64,000 nucleotides of DNA from Anaerolineae bacterium (GCA_024653325.1 JANLFX010000003.1:11334-75333); one strand, 5' to 3'; positions 42,657 through 53,342 are shown, counted from the stretch's first letter. The notes: generated by a model from the letters alone, not told the origin. A program made the numbers and translations.

Positions 42657-43205
42657 GTGTCACGAATTGGCAGAATGCCTATCCCTGTGCCTAAAGGGGT
42701 ACAGGTAAATATTGAGAAAAATCGTATTACGGTGCGTGGCCCCCGCGGTGAGCTGACCCGTACATTCCATCCGGATATGATGGTGACTTTGCAGGATGGT
42801 CATCTGGTGGTCACCCGACCTACTGATCAGCGGCATCATCGGGCCCTTCATGGGCTGACCCGCGCGTTGCTGGCTAACATGGTGACCGGGGTAAGCCAGG
42901 GTTTCCGCAAGGTGTTGCAGGTGGAAGGTGTGGGATACCGGGCGGAATTACAGGGCAACACACTGGTCCTGAATGTGGGTTTCTCGCATCCGGTGGAGTT
43001 CAAGCCGCCAGCGGGTATTACCTTTCAGGTTGAGCAGAAAACCAAGCTTATCACTGTGGAGGGCGTGGACAAGGAATTGGTGGGTGAGGTGGCTGCTCGC
43101 ATCAGAAAAGTTCGCCCGCCAGAACCGTACAAGGGCAAGGGTATCAGGTATCAAGACGAACACATTCGCCGCAAAGCTGGGAAAGCCGGCAAGGTTGGCA
43201 TGTAA
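42657..43205 (+). CDS. rplF: 50S ribosomal protein L6
   Basis: SRIGRMPIPVPKGVQVNI...; GTG start with SD GGAGGTGG. Confidence 0.93.
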   Translation: MSRIGRMPIPVPKGVQVNIEKNRITVRGPRGELTRTFHPDMMVTLQDGHLVVTRPTDQRHHRALHGLTRALLANMVTGVSQGFRKVLQVEGVGYRAELQGNTLVLNVGFSHPVEFKPPAGITFQVEQKTKLITVEGVDKELVGEVAARIRKVRPPEPYKGKGIRYQDEHIRRKAGKAGKVGM

Positions 43206-43294
43206 GCCGTGAGCGGCGCCTTGTACGCTTTGTTAGGCAAAGCGCCACATCGGTAGGCTGGTGTGGTGGATAACTGGTCTTGAGGAAGGAAAGC

Positions 43295-43660
43295 ATGATG
43301 AGTGAAAAAAGCAGACTGGCACGGAAACGGCGGCATCAGCGCGTGCGGGCAAAAGTGAGGGGTACCAGCGAACGCCCGCGGTTGAATGTGTTCCGCAGCC
43401 TGACACATATCTATGCTCAGATCATAGACGATGGCCGGGGTCACACTCTGGTTTCTGCTTCTACCTTAGACCCTGAGGTGAGGGACAAGATAAAGGGTCT
43501 GAGCAAAACCGAGCAGGCCAGGTTGGTAGGGCAGGTGTTGGCTCAGCGGGCCCTGGCGCGCGGTGTGCGGCAGGTGGTGTTTGATCGCGGCGGGTATCTG
43601 TATCATGGCCGGGTGAAAGCATTGGCCGATGGATCCCGTGAGGGTGGGCTGGAATTTTAA
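43295..43660 (+). CDS. rplR: 50S ribosomal protein L18
   Basis: [15 protein letters not shown]...[19 protein letters not shown]; ATG with SD GAGGAAGGAAAG. Confidence 0.9.
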   Translation: MMSEKSRLARKRRHQRVRAKVRGTSERPRLNVFRSLTHIYAQIIDDGRGHTLVSASTLDPEVRDKIKGLSKTEQARLVGQVLAQRALARGVRQVVFDRGGYLYHGRVKALADGSREGGLEF

Positions 43661-43729
43661 TTTAAAAACCCTCCCGCAGGTTCTAAACCTGCAAGAGGGT
43701 AGGGCTTTAAGCCGATTTGAGGAGGTCGA

Positions 43730-44254
43730 ATGGCACGAGGGGAGTTCGAAGAACGCGAGGAACTGGATGAACGGGTGGTGGATATCACTCGCGTGGCGAA
43801 AGTGATCAAGGGGGGCCGGCATTTCGGATTCCGCGCCGTGGTGGTAGTCGGTGATAACCAGGGCAACGTCGGCGTTGGAGTGGGCAAGGCCCGTGGCGTG
43901 CCGGACGCTATCCGCAAGGGTGCCGAGCGCGCCCGCCGGAATATGCGCTCCATTGCTCTGGTAGGGACTACCATACCTCATGAAGTCATATCCTCGTATG
44001 GTGGGGCTCAAGTGCTACTGAAACCAGCCTCTCCGGGTACGGGGGTGGTCGCTGGCGGTGGAGTTCGGGCAGTGGTCGAAGCGGCGGGGATCAAGGATAT
44101 CCTGACCAAGTCTTTGGGCAGTTCTAACATCCTCAATGTAGTACGGGCCACGATGCGTGGCCTGGAACAACTCAAACACGTCGAGGAGGAGGCTCGCCTG
44201 CGGGACAAATCCATCCGCGAGGTGAGCCCTTATTGGAGTCGGGGCAATGTCTAG
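43730..44254 (+). CDS. rpsE: 30S ribosomal protein S5
   Basis: [34 protein letters not shown]. Confidence 0.95.
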   Translation: MARGEFEEREELDERVVDITRVAKVIKGGRHFGFRAVVVVGDNQGNVGVGVGKARGVPDAIRKGAERARRNMRSIALVGTTIPHEVISSYGGAQVLLKPASPGTGVVAGGGVRAVVEAAGIKDILTKSLGSSNILNVVRATMRGLEQLKHVEEEARLRDKSIREVSPYWSRGNV

Positions 44255-44459
44255 GTCGAAAAGCCAATCACAGTCGGAGCGCAAACTGCGCATCACTTAC
44301 GTGAAAAGCAATATCGGGTATTCTGTTCGACAGAAAGATACTATCCGGGCCCTGGGCCTGCACCGTCTGGGCGACGTGGTGGAGAAGGCCGATACCCCGG
44401 TCATCCGGGGGATGATCCACAAGGTACGGCATCTGGTGACGGTGGAAGAAGTTGAATAG
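44247..44459 (+). CDS. rpmD: 50S ribosomal protein L30
   Basis: [45 protein letters not shown]. Confidence 0.88.
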   Translation: MSRSKSQSQSERKLRITYVKSNIGYSVRQKDTIRALGLHRLGDVVEKADTPVIRGMIHKVRHLVTVEEVE

Positions 44460-44483
44460 GCGGCAGGCCTGGAGCTGGAGGGG

Positions 44484-44960
44484 ATGATGAAGTTACATGA
44501 TTTGCGCCCTGCGGAAGGGGCTAAAAAGAAACGCAAGCGCGTGGGCCGGGGCATCTCGGCTGGTCAGGGCAAAACGGCTGGACGAGGCACCAAAGGCCAG
44601 GGAGCTCGCACCGGCGGGGGCAAGGGTCCTTACTTTGAAGGTGGGCAGTTGCCGTTGGTGCGTCGCCTGCCTCACAAGCGCGGCTTTACCAATATCTGGA
44701 GAGTGAAATACACGGCGGTGAACCTGGACCGGCTGAGTGGTTTCGCAGCCGGGGCGGAGGTGTCTCCTGAGACTCTGGCAGCGGCGGGCATTATTAAGCG
44801 GGCCGATGAGGCAGTGGCCATTCTGGGGCGGGGCAGCCTGGACCGACCCCTCACGGTTAAGGCCCATCGTTTTTCGGCCAGCGCCCGGGCCCAAATCGAG
44901 GCCGCTGGTGGCGTGGTTGAGGAGCTATCTCTCGGTCAGAAATGGATGCGAGAGAAATAG
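44484..44960 (+). CDS. rplO: 50S ribosomal protein L15
   Basis: [37 protein letters not shown]. Confidence 0.93.
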   Translation: MMKLHDLRPAEGAKKKRKRVGRGISAGQGKTAGRGTKGQGARTGGGKGPYFEGGQLPLVRRLPHKRGFTNIWRVKYTAVNLDRLSGFAAGAEVSPETLAAAGIIKRADEAVAILGRGSLDRPLTVKAHRFSASARAQIEAAGGVVEELSLGQKWMREK

Positions 44961-45014
44961 CGTGGGTCAATAGCCTGTGGTAGCTGGAAGGTCGGAAGGC
45001 TGGAAGGTTGGAGG

Positions 45015-46316
45015 ATGGGGATGATACAAGCGGTGCGAAATGCGTTTGGATTGCCGGACCTGAGACGGAAGATGCTGATCACTTTCCTGATATTGGTGAT
45101 CTACCGTCTGGCCGCGCACGTGCCGGTGCCGAATATTAAGGCCGAGCTCTTGTCCGAGGTGTTTTCCAAAAACCAGTTGCTCAGCCTGCTGGATATGTTC
45201 TCCGGCGGGGCGATGTCCAATTTCTCGGTGATGGCCATGGGGGTGTACCCCTATGTCACTGCCCAGATCGTCATCCAGCTTTTGCAGCCGATCATCCCCG
45301 CCCTTGAGGAGCTGGCTAAAGAGGGAGAGGCAGGGCGGAATAAGCTCAATCAGTATACCTATCTCCTGACCATTCCCTTGTGTGCACTTCAGGCGTTTAG
45401 CCTGGGCATGCAGATGCAGTATCAGGGGGTCATTACCAATTTCGGGCTGACGGGTTCAGCATGGCTGCCCACGCTGACCACCATCTTGACTATGACGGCG
45501 GGCACGATGTTTGCCATCTGGTTAGGCGAGTTGATCACTGAACAGGGCATCGGTCAGGGACTTTCGATCATCATCCTGGGCGGAATTGTGGCCCGTATCC
45601 CGCAGCGAGTGGGGGCGATGATCACCACCGACCTGCGAGGGCTGATCGCTTTCTTGATCATTACCGCGGTCACGGTGTTGGTCATCGTCATCGTGCAGGA
45701 GGGACAACGCCGTATCCCAGTGCAATATGGCAAGCGCGTGCTGGCCATGCGGGGCAACCGGCTGCGTATTGCTGGGGGGCAGAGCACACATATCCCGCTG
45801 CGGGTGAACTCGGCCGGGATGATCCCGTTGATCTTCGCCCAGTCTTTCATGATGCTGCCCGGGGTGATTGCTTCCTACTTTACCAATTCCGGGGTTTCCT
45901 GGGTGAAGACTGTGGCTACGAGCATTTACAACCTGTTCAATGGCCAGAGCACTTTTTACTGGATCATGTACTTCGTCCTGGTTATCGGCTTTACCTACTT
46001 TTACACGAGTATTGTTTTCCAGCAACAGAACCTGGCTGAGAACCTGAAGAAGCAGGGCGGATTCATCCCCGGCATCCGCCCAGGTAAGCGTACGGAAGAT
46101 TATCTCAACGAGGTATTGGGCCGGATTACCCTGGTAGGGGCGATATTCCTGGGTGTGGTGGCCATCCTGCCCTGGATGGTGCAGGATGTGACCGAGACAT
46201 CCACGATGCTCATTACCAGCACGGGCCTGCTCATCGTGGTTGGCGTGGTGTTGGATACCATGCGCCAGCTTGAGGCCCAGCTTCTCATGCGGCATTACGA
46301 GGGATTCATCAAGTAG
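45015..46316 (+). CDS. secY: preprotein translocase subunit SecY
   Basis: 10-TM SecY with LLSLLDMFSGGA and GIRPG motifs. Confidence 0.95.
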   Translation: MGMIQAVRNAFGLPDLRRKMLITFLILVIYRLAAHVPVPNIKAELLSEVFSKNQLLSLLDMFSGGAMSNFSVMAMGVYPYVTAQIVIQLLQPIIPALEELAKEGEAGRNKLNQYTYLLTIPLCALQAFSLGMQMQYQGVITNFGLTGSAWLPTLTTILTMTAGTMFAIWLGELITEQGIGQGLSIIILGGIVARIPQRVGAMITTDLRGLIAFLIITAVTVLVIVIVQEGQRRIPVQYGKRVLAMRGNRLRIAGGQSTHIPLRVNSAGMIPLIFAQSFMMLPGVIASYFTNSGVSWVKTVATSIYNLFNGQSTFYWIMYFVLVIGFTYFYTSIVFQQQNLAENLKKQGGFIPGIRPGKRTEDYLNEVLGRITLVGAIFLGVVAILPWMVQDVTETSTMLITSTGLLIVVGVVLDTMRQLEAQLLMRHYEGFIK

Positions 46317-46325
46317 GGGGCGTTC

Positions 46326-47006
46326 GTGGAATCAAAGCAGGCTCAATCCAGATTCATCGTTCTTTTGGGAGCGCCCGGGGCGGGCAAGGGTACGCAGGCA
46401 GCTTATCTGGAAGAGGTTTTAGGCATACCCCATGTGTCCAGCGGGGATCTCTTTCGTGAAAACTTGCGGAACGAGACTGGATTGGGAAAGTTGGCCCGTT
46501 CGTACATGGACAAAGGGGAGCTGGTTCCCGATGAAGTGACCATCGCTATGGTCAAGGAACGGCTGGCCCGGCCCGATTGTGCCGGGGGAGCGGTTCTGGA
46601 TGGGTTTCCACGGACCATTGCCCAGGCGCAGGCTCTGGATGAAATCCTGGCCGAAACAGGGCGGCGGGTGGGGATCGTGCCCTACATCAAAGTGCCTGAT
46701 GATGTATTGCTGGCCCGTCTGGCCGGGCGCTGGACGTGCCGCCAGTGCGAGGCAGTGTATCACGAACTCTTCAACCCGCCGAAAATCGCCGGGAAGTGTG
46801 ATGTGTGTGGTGGTGAGCTTTACCAGCGGGCGGACGATACGCCGGAAACTCAGCGCCGTCGTATCGAGGTATACTTCCAGCAGACCACCCCATTGATCGA
46901 GTACTACCGAGACCGGGGTTTGTTGGTAGAAATTGACGGGGCGCAATCCATCGAGCGAGTGCAGGCCGATCTGCTAGCAGCCATTCAATCTGGCAGCCAG
47001 AGCTGA
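46326..47006 (+). CDS. adk: adenylate kinase (zinc-lid type)
   Basis: P-loop GAPGAGKGTQA and LID with CRQC...CDVCGG; GTG start. Confidence 0.93.
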   Translation: MESKQAQSRFIVLLGAPGAGKGTQAAYLEEVLGIPHVSSGDLFRENLRNETGLGKLARSYMDKGELVPDEVTIAMVKERLARPDCAGGAVLDGFPRTIAQAQALDEILAETGRRVGIVPYIKVPDDVLLARLAGRWTCRQCEAVYHELFNPPKIAGKCDVCGGELYQRADDTPETQRRRIEVYFQQTTPLIEYYRDRGLLVEIDGAQSIERVQADLLAAIQSGSQS

Positions 47007-47024
47007 GATAAGACTCGCGGGGTA

Positions 47025-47780
47025 TTGATGATCACGTTGAAATCGCCGTCTGAACTGGCTCGCATGCGCCAGGCAGGCCGCATCGTAGCCACAGTCCTGG
47101 CCCTTTTGCAGGAGAAGATCGCGCCAGGAATAACCACCGGGGAATTGAACGAGCTGGCAGAGGAAACGATTCTCAAACACAAGGCAATTCCCTCGTTCAA
47201 AGGGTATCGCGGTTACCCTGCCGCCTTGTGCGTCTCCATCAACGAGGAAATAGTGCATGGCATTCCCGGCCCCCGGACGATTAAAGAGGGTGACTTGGTC
47301 AGCCTGGATGTAGGGGCGATTTACAAAGGATTTCAGGGGGATGCGGCCATTACCGTGGCTGTAGGAGAGGTATCACCAACGGCCTCCCGTCTGCTGGAGG
47401 TTACGGCGGGATCATTGGAGGCTGGTATCGCCCAATGCCTGGTTGGCAACCATCTGGGAGATATTTCGGCGGCGATTCAGAATTATGTTGAAGCGCGGGG
47501 ATTCTCTGTGATCCGCGAGTATACCGGACATGGCATCGGGCGGAAAATGCACGAAGACCCGCAGATCCCCAACTTCGGTGAACCGGGCCGCGGTGGGGTG
47601 CTCAGACCGGGTATGACTTTCGCCTTAGAACCCATGGTAGCGGTAGGTACATGGCGCACCCGCGTCCTGGACGATGGGTGGACGGTGGTGACTTTAGATG
47701 GTCAGCTCTCGGCACACTTTGAGCACACCATCGCGGTCACAGATGGACAGCCGGAAATTCTCACCCGGCTTGATGGGTAA
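47025..47780 (+). CDS. map: type I methionine aminopeptidase
   Basis: Pita-bread fold metal ligands D..D..H..E..E in contexts SLDVGA, HGIGRKMHE, FALEPM, EHT. Confidence 0.93.
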   Translation: MMITLKSPSELARMRQAGRIVATVLALLQEKIAPGITTGELNELAEETILKHKAIPSFKGYRGYPAALCVSINEEIVHGIPGPRTIKEGDLVSLDVGAIYKGFQGDAAITVAVGEVSPTASRLLEVTAGSLEAGIAQCLVGNHLGDISAAIQNYVEARGFSVIREYTGHGIGRKMHEDPQIPNFGEPGRGGVLRPGMTFALEPMVAVGTWRTRVLDDGWTVVTLDGQLSAHFEHTIAVTDGQPEILTRLDG

Positions 47781-47816
47781 CGGGTAATAGGTTGAGTAAC
47801 GAGTTGGAGGTTTGTT

Positions 47817-47930
47817 ATGAAAGTCTCATCTTCAGTCAAGAGACGGTGTCCCAAGTGCAAGATTGTCCGCCGGCGGGGCGTCGTACGGGTTATCTGCGAA
47901 AATCCCAGGCATAAGCAACGGCAGGGATGA
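47817..47930 (+). CDS. rpmJ: 50S ribosomal protein L36 (zinc-binding, 37 aa)
   Basis: Manual translation [37 protein letters not shown]; below the 60-aa cut-off of the ORF track; SD GAGTTGGAGG upstream. Confidence 0.85.
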   Translation: MKVSSSVKRRCPKCKIVRRRGVVRVICENPRHKQRQG

Positions 47931-47991
47931 GGCCCGATCTCGGTCGGGGGAAGTGCGGAAGGGTCAAAGGATAGGGTAGGAGGATTTATAC

Positions 47992-48381
47992 ATGGCACGA
48001 ATCGCTGGGGTAGACTTGCCTCGTAACAAGCGGGTGGAGATTGCCCTGACGTATATCTATGGCATTGGCCGCGCCACCAGCAACGAGATTCTGAAAATGG
48101 CGGACATCAACCCCGATACGCGGGTGAAAGACCTGGCGGAGGCCGAGGTTAGCCGCTTGCGGGACATCATCAGCCGCAACTATCGGGTAGAGGGTGACCT
48201 GCGCCGTGAGGTGCAGATGAACATCAAGCGCTTAATGGACATTGGCTGCTATCGTGGGCTGCGACATCGCATGAATCTACCGGTGCATGGACAGCGAACG
48301 CGAACCAATGCCCGGACCAGGCGTGGGCCGAAGAAGACAGTGCCCGGGCGTGGCCGCCGCCGCGGGATGAAGAAGAAGTAA
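47992..48381 (+). CDS. rpsM: 30S ribosomal protein S13
   Basis: [26 protein letters not shown]. Confidence 0.95.
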   Translation: MARIAGVDLPRNKRVEIALTYIYGIGRATSNEILKMADINPDTRVKDLAEAEVSRLRDIISRNYRVEGDLRREVQMNIKRLMDIGCYRGLRHRMNLPVHGQRTRTNARTRRGPKKTVPGRGRRRGMKKK

Positions 48382-48593
48382 TCGCCAGGCTAGTTTCCGG
48401 TACAAAACGTAGTGGCCGACCGCTGCTGCGCCCTGAGTGGAATCGAAGGGTGTCGGCCTTATAAGCGGGCAGAGCCTGTCCTGAGCAGAGACGAAGGGCC
48501 GCCCGCCGCTATGTGTTTTGCACCGAGTACTAGGCATCTTCATAACCTCAAATCTCGACAAGTGAGTCAAGTTTTCACCGCCGAGACGCTGAG

Positions 48594-48638
48594 CACGCAG
48601 AGAGAAAGATGGAGAAAGCTCTGCGCCCTCTGCGTGCT
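48594..48638 (+). other. 12-bp perfect inverted repeat GAGCACGCAGAG ... CTCTGCGTGCTC within an unusually long (325 nt) rpsM-rpsK spacer
   Basis: Stable stem-loop, with a second small palindrome GCGAAGCTTCGC at 48669-48680; no credible ORF in the spacer. Confidence 0.6.
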
Positions 48639-48706
48639 CTGCGGTGAGACTGACTCGTCGGTTTGAGGCGAAGCTTCGCTAGTAAAGACTTTTTGGAGGA
48701 AAGATT

Positions 48707-49105
48707 ATGGGACGACCAACCAGGCGGGGTAAGAAAGCTGGACGACGGCAGAAACGTAGCGTGCCGTATGGTCATGCTCACATTCATTCTACGTTTAATA
48801 ACACCATCGTCACGATGACTGATCCGCAGGGTAACGTGATTACCTGGGGCAGCGCGGGAACGGCTGGTTTCAAGGGTTCGCGCAAGAGTACCCCCTATGC
48901 TGCGCGCATGGCGGCTCAGCAGGCAGCGCAGGCGGCGATGGAGAACGGATTACGAGAGGTGGACATTTTCGTCAAAGGGCCAGGCCCGGGTCGGGATGCA
49001 GCTATTCGGGCCTTGCAAGCGGTAGGTCTGAGGATACGCTCTATCACCGATGTGACTCCTATTCCGCATAACGGATGTCGTCCACCCAAGAAGAGAAGGG
49101 TATAG
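48707..49105 (+). CDS. rpsK: 30S ribosomal protein S11
   Basis: [28 protein letters not shown]. Confidence 0.95.
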   Translation: MGRPTRRGKKAGRRQKRSVPYGHAHIHSTFNNTIVTMTDPQGNVITWGSAGTAGFKGSRKSTPYAARMAAQQAAQAAMENGLREVDIFVKGPGPGRDAAIRALQAVGLRIRSITDVTPIPHNGCRPPKKRRV

Positions 49106-49171
49106 TGCAGGATTGTCCTGGGTGAGCATCACCCACGGGCATGACGTTCCTCACTGAAATCAGGAGGTTCA

Positions 49172-49810
49172 ATGGCAAGATATTTGGGTCCGGTTTGCAA
49201 ACTGTGTCGGCGAGAAGGCGAAAAGCTGTTTCTTAAAGGGGAGCGGTGTTTTAGTGCGAAATGTGCATTGGAACAGCGGGCCTATGCCCCGGGTATGCAC
49301 GGGCGTGAGAGCCAGTTTCGCAGAGGGCGTGCCTCAGATTACTCCCAGCAGCTCCGGGAGAAACAGAAGGTGCGCCGTATCTATGGGGTGTTGGAGCGTC
49401 AGTTCCGGCGCTATTACAGAGAAGCCCTGCAGCGTAAGGGACTGACGGGTGAAAATCTGCTCATCATTCTGGAGAGCCGGCTGGATAACGTGGTCCATCG
49501 CCTGGGATTTGCCAGCTCTCGAGCGCAGGCCAGGCAGCTCGTCCGGCATGGTCACTTTGCCCTGAACGGTCGGCGGGTGACTATCCCTTCCGTATTGGTT
49601 AAACCGGGTGATGAGATGACAGTGCTGCCCCAGAGTCGGAAACTCAAGTACTTCAAGGACGTGGCAAAGGTGCTGGACGAGAAGAACGTGCCAAGTTGGC
49701 TGAGCCTCGACCCCCTCAATATGACCGGACGTGTGTTGAACATGCCCACGCGGCAGGAGATCGACTCTGCGATTAAAGAGCAACTGATCGTGGAGTATTA
49801 CAGCCGCTAG
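49172..49810 (+). CDS. rpsD: 30S ribosomal protein S4 (zinc-ribbon form)
   Basis: [32 protein letters not shown]-terminus and S4 domain. Confidence 0.95.
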   Translation: MARYLGPVCKLCRREGEKLFLKGERCFSAKCALEQRAYAPGMHGRESQFRRGRASDYSQQLREKQKVRRIYGVLERQFRRYYREALQRKGLTGENLLIILESRLDNVVHRLGFASSRAQARQLVRHGHFALNGRRVTIPSVLVKPGDEMTVLPQSRKLKYFKDVAKVLDEKNVPSWLSLDPLNMTGRVLNMPTRQEIDSAIKEQLIVEYYSR

Positions 49811-49992
49811 TCTTCATACTTTTCGATAGGCGTCCAGCTCGGACGCGGAGTGCACGGCATTTCCAACCGCGTGGAAGGCTTATCGGAAGGAGAAGACCAG
49901 TTTTATCAGCCCTGGGTTCGGGGTATGAGTTGAGGAGGATGAAGTAATTATCCGCTTTTATTCGCCGGACACCAGGGCAGGGAGGGTGACCT

Positions 49993-50973
49993 TTGTCCAA
50001 TATGGTTTTACCTAAAATTGAATGTGATGCCGTCGCTCAAAATTACGGACGTTTTGTCATCAGTCCGTTGGAGAGCGGATATGGCATAACCCTGGGTAAT
50101 GCCCTGCGTCGGGTATTACTGGCTTCCTTGCCGGGTGCAGCGGTGACGTCCATCCGCGTCAGTGACGTATATCATGAGTTCTCACCCATTCCTGGGGTGA
50201 AAGAAGACATGATGACGCTGATTCTTAACGTGAAAAAGCTGCGTCTGAAGATGTACACTGACGAGCCAACCCGTATGCGCCTGGAGGTACGTGGCGAGGG
50301 CGTAGTCACTGCTGGTGACATCAATGCTCCCTCTTCGGTGGAAATCGTCAACCCCGATCTGCACCTTTTGACAGTGGACTCGGACGACGTGAATTTGGAA
50401 ATCGAGTTCCGGGTGGAGAAGGGTCGGGGGTATTCCCCGGCCAGCGAGCGAGATCGGGCGCCTATCGGGGAGTTGCCGGTAGATGCTATATTCAGCCCCG
50501 TGCGCAAAGCCAACTACCTGGTGGAACGGACCCGCGTGGGCCAGATGACTAACTACGACCGGCTGATCATGGAGATATGGACCGACGGCACCATGCGTCC
50601 CGTTGAGGCTTTGCGGGAAGCGGCGCGCATTCTGGTGCAGCACTTCTCACTGGTAGCCGGAGTGGAAGAGATGCTGTTGCCGGAGGAGGAGCAGGAGATC
50701 GAGGAGGGGATTCCGGCGCGCATTTACGACGTCCCGATCGAGGACCTGGACCTCAGCGTGCGGGTGTACAACTGTCTGAAAAGGACGGGGATCGCCAAAG
50801 TAGGCGAGGTGCTGGAAAGGTTAGAAAAAGGTGAGGAGGAAATGCTCACCATCCGCAATTTTGGCGCCAAGTCGTTGGCCGAATTGCGGGAAAAACTGGC
50901 AGCCAAGGGCTTCCTGGGTGCGGGTGTACGAGGTGAAGAGGCTATAATAAGATCAGGGGAAGAGCAGGCATAA
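49993..50973 (+). CDS. rpoA: DNA-directed RNA polymerase subunit alpha
   Basis: N-terminal domain GYGITLGNALRRVLL and alpha-CTD; TTG start after GGGAGGG. Confidence 0.95.
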   Translation: MSNMVLPKIECDAVAQNYGRFVISPLESGYGITLGNALRRVLLASLPGAAVTSIRVSDVYHEFSPIPGVKEDMMTLILNVKKLRLKMYTDEPTRMRLEVRGEGVVTAGDINAPSSVEIVNPDLHLLTVDSDDVNLEIEFRVEKGRGYSPASERDRAPIGELPVDAIFSPVRKANYLVERTRVGQMTNYDRLIMEIWTDGTMRPVEALREAARILVQHFSLVAGVEEMLLPEEEQEIEEGIPARIYDVPIEDLDLSVRVYNCLKRTGIAKVGEVLERLEKGEEEMLTIRNFGAKSLAELREKLAAKGFLGAGVRGEEAIIRSGEEQA

Positions 50974-51024
50974 TCCCCCTTGACGCTCTGGATAACAGTG
51001 TATTGGAGATTCAGGAGAGCAGAA

Positions 51025-51405
51025 ATGAGACATCGGAAAGCCGGCCGCAAGCTGGGCCGTAGCACGGGACAGCGGCGAGCTCTATATAGAAACATGATTA
51101 CCCAATTGTTTCTTCACGGACGGATTACTACCACCGAAGCCAAAGCTAAGGCCATTCGGGGTCAGGCAGAACGCCTGATCACCATTGCCAAACGGGGAAA
51201 CAGTGCGGAGGAACCGGCACGTCGGGTACATGCCCGCCGACTGGTTGCCGCTCGTCTGAATGGCCCGCAAGTGGTCAGTAAGCTTTTTAGCGAGATCGCT
51301 CCCCGCTACGAGACGCGCCCGGGCGGATATACTCGTATCCTCAAACTGGGCCAGCGACAGGGCGATGGAGCGCGCATGGCCTTGATCGAATTGATCGAGG
51401 AGTAG
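51025..51405 (+). CDS. rplQ: 50S ribosomal protein L17
   Basis: MRHRKAGRKLGRSTGQRRAL...; start at an internal ATG with SD CAGGAGAG. Confidence 0.93.
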   Translation: MRHRKAGRKLGRSTGQRRALYRNMITQLFLHGRITTTEAKAKAIRGQAERLITIAKRGNSAEEPARRVHARRLVAARLNGPQVVSKLFSEIAPRYETRPGGYTRILKLGQRQGDGARMALIELIEE

Positions 51406-51409
51406 CGGG

Positions 51410-52207
51410 ATGGGCGAGGGCGGATGCCGGACGCAGAAGGGCGACCTGCAATCGGCACCCGGCTTCCGTTACGTACGGGCTACGGTCGAATATGACGGCA
51501 CGGACTATTGCGGCTTTCAATGGCAGAATGGACAACCGACCGTGCAAGGCGAACTGGAACGGGCACTAACCGCCGTCACCCAGGAGGAGATTCGTATCAC
51601 CGCCGCCGGACGTACGGATGCAGGAGTTCACGCCCGCGGGCAGGTGATTGCCTTCCATACCCGGTGGCGACATCCGCTGGAGGAACTGGAGCGAGCCCTC
51701 AATGCCCTGTTGGCCGAGGATGTGGCCGTGCGAGATCTGACGCTGGCCGAGGAAGGATTCCATCCCCGGTTCAGCGCCTCCAGCCGGGAGTACCGGTACA
51801 CCATTCTCAATCAATGGGTGCGTTCACCTCTGGCCCGGCGGTTTGCCTATCACTGGCCTCAGCCGCTGAACGTGGAGGCCATGCAGCAGGCAGCCCAAGC
51901 GTTGGTTGGCACGCATGATTTCGCCACGTTCGGGCAGCCGCCTCAGGGGGAGAGCACCGTGCGTCAGGTGTTGCAGGCCACTTGCCGCCGGGAAGGTCCC
52001 TTTGTGTACTTCGATATTGAGGCCAATGCCTTTTTACAGCGGATGGTGCGCAGCATAGTGGGCACGCTTCTGCAAGTGGGCAGCGGTGCGCTTTCGCTCC
52101 AGGATTTTGTGCAGATTCTACATGCGGCAGACCGCAGTCTGGCTGGACCTGTGGCCCCGCCCCACGGCCTGTGTCTGATGCGGGTGAATTATGTTCGTGA
52201 AACGTGA
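51410..52207 (+). CDS. truA: tRNA pseudouridine(38-40) synthase TruA
   Basis: VEYDGTDYCGFQ and RTDAGVHA catalytic Asp motif; a 20-aa N-terminal extension is possible, so the start is uncertain. Confidence 0.85.
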   Translation: MGEGGCRTQKGDLQSAPGFRYVRATVEYDGTDYCGFQWQNGQPTVQGELERALTAVTQEEIRITAAGRTDAGVHARGQVIAFHTRWRHPLEELERALNALLAEDVAVRDLTLAEEGFHPRFSASSREYRYTILNQWVRSPLARRFAYHWPQPLNVEAMQQAAQALVGTHDFATFGQPPQGESTVRQVLQATCRREGPFVYFDIEANAFLQRMVRSIVGTLLQVGSGALSLQDFVQILHAADRSLAGPVAPPHGLCLMRVNYVRET

Positions 52208-52231
52208 AACGTTTTTCAAGGAGTTGGAGCT

Positions 52232-52660
52232 GTGAAGACATACGCAGTTAAAGCGAATGAAATTGAGCGAGAGTGGTTTGTAGTGGATGCCGAGGGCAAG
52301 ACCTTGGGACGCCTTGCTTCCCAAATTGCTATGATCCTCAAAGGCAAACATAAGCCGATCTACAGTCCCCATCTGGATGTGGGCGATTACGTGATCGTGG
52401 TTAACGCCGAAAAGGTGCGGGTCACCGGACGCAAATTGGAGCAGAAGTTCTACTACCGCCATTCAGGCTATCCGGCCGGCTTGAAGAGTATTAGTCTCAA
52501 AGACCAGTTGAGTCGGCATCCCACTCGCGTGTTGGAGGCGGCCGTGCGGGGCATGCTGCCGAAAAACAGATTGGGGCGACGGATGATCAAGAAATTGAAG
52601 ATCTACGCCGGCCCGGAGCATCCCCATCAGGCCCAGCAACCTAAAGAGCTGGTTCTGTAG
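52232..52660 (+). CDS. rplM: 50S ribosomal protein L13
   Basis: [29 protein letters not shown]; GTG start with SD AAGGAG. Confidence 0.93.
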   Translation: MKTYAVKANEIEREWFVVDAEGKTLGRLASQIAMILKGKHKPIYSPHLDVGDYVIVVNAEKVRVTGRKLEQKFYYRHSGYPAGLKSISLKDQLSRHPTRVLEAAVRGMLPKNRLGRRMIKKLKIYAGPEHPHQAQQPKELVL

Positions 52661-52674
52661 AGAGGAGTAAGTAG

Positions 52675-53070
52675 ATGGCAAGCGTTTATTACGAAGGAGT
52701 AGGGAGAAGAAAAACGTCCACTGCCCGGGTGCGCCTTTTCCCCGGCGGCACCGGCACCATCGTCATCAACGACAAGCCAGTAAACGAGTATTTCTTCCGT
52801 GCGGTGGATGTGACTAACCTCCTGGCCCCGTTAGAGGTGACAGGGATGAAGGAGGCATTTAACATCACGGTGCGAGTAAAGGGCGGCGGAATCTCCGGGC
52901 AAGCGGGAGCGGTGCAATTGGGCATTGCCCGGGCCCTCCTCAAAGCCAATCCCGACCTCCGTCCCGTGCTACGCAGTGGTGGTTTTCTCACCCGCGATAC
53001 GCGAATGAAAGAGCGCAAAAAGCCCGGTTTCAAACGTGCGCGCAAGGCCCCGACCTACACCAAGCGGTAG
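52675..53070 (+). CDS. rpsI: 30S ribosomal protein S9
   Basis: C-terminal PGFKRARKAPTYTKR. Confidence 0.95.
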   Translation: MASVYYEGVGRRKTSTARVRLFPGGTGTIVINDKPVNEYFFRAVDVTNLLAPLEVTGMKEAFNITVRVKGGGISGQAGAVQLGIARALLKANPDLRPVLRSGGFLTRDTRMKERKKPGFKRARKAPTYTKR

Positions 53071-53100
53071 GCTCGCTCTGGCCCGAATGTTGAAAGCACA

Positions 53101-53140
53101 AGCAGGCGCAGCCCCGTATATCCTCTCGGGTTCTGCGCCT
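53101..53140 (+). terminator. terminator-like hairpin AGGCGCAG...CTGCGCCT downstream of rpsI
   Basis: 8-bp GC stem at the end of the ribosomal superoperon; weak U-tract. Confidence 0.4.
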
Positions 53141-53209
53141 GTTGCATTTACCGCCCAAACGCTGACCTGCCCTGAGCGCCAGTGAGGGCAATCCTCATTG
53201 TTCGCACTC

Positions 53210-53238
53210 TTGACAAACCGCTGGTCTTATGCTATACT
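53210..53238 (+). promoter_or_regulatory. sigma-70-like promoter (TTGACA, 17 nt spacer, TATACT) for the ROK regulator / mal locus
   Basis: Near-consensus hexamers 120 nt upstream of the regulator start. Confidence 0.5.
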
Positions 53239-53316
53239 CAGCTCTGTATTGTGGATGCTTTCGGCGCTATCCGTGGGCTGCGCTGCTCCTGTACTTGTGT
53301 TCGGCAGTTGGCCTAT

Positions 53317-53342
53317 GTAGAACGGGTTGAGACCTGTTCTAC
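53317..53342. promoter_or_regulatory. operator-like palindrome GTAGAACGGG-TTGAGA-CCTGTTCTAC immediately upstream of the ROK regulator start
   Basis: 10-bp inverted repeat (1 mismatch) 15 nt before the TTG start; candidate autoregulatory site. Confidence 0.35.

Noticed and set aside
48412-48666. 84-aa ORF inside the long rpsM-rpsK spacer
   Set aside because: No SD, Arg/Cys-rich composition, and it overlaps the strong hairpin. Treated as non-coding.
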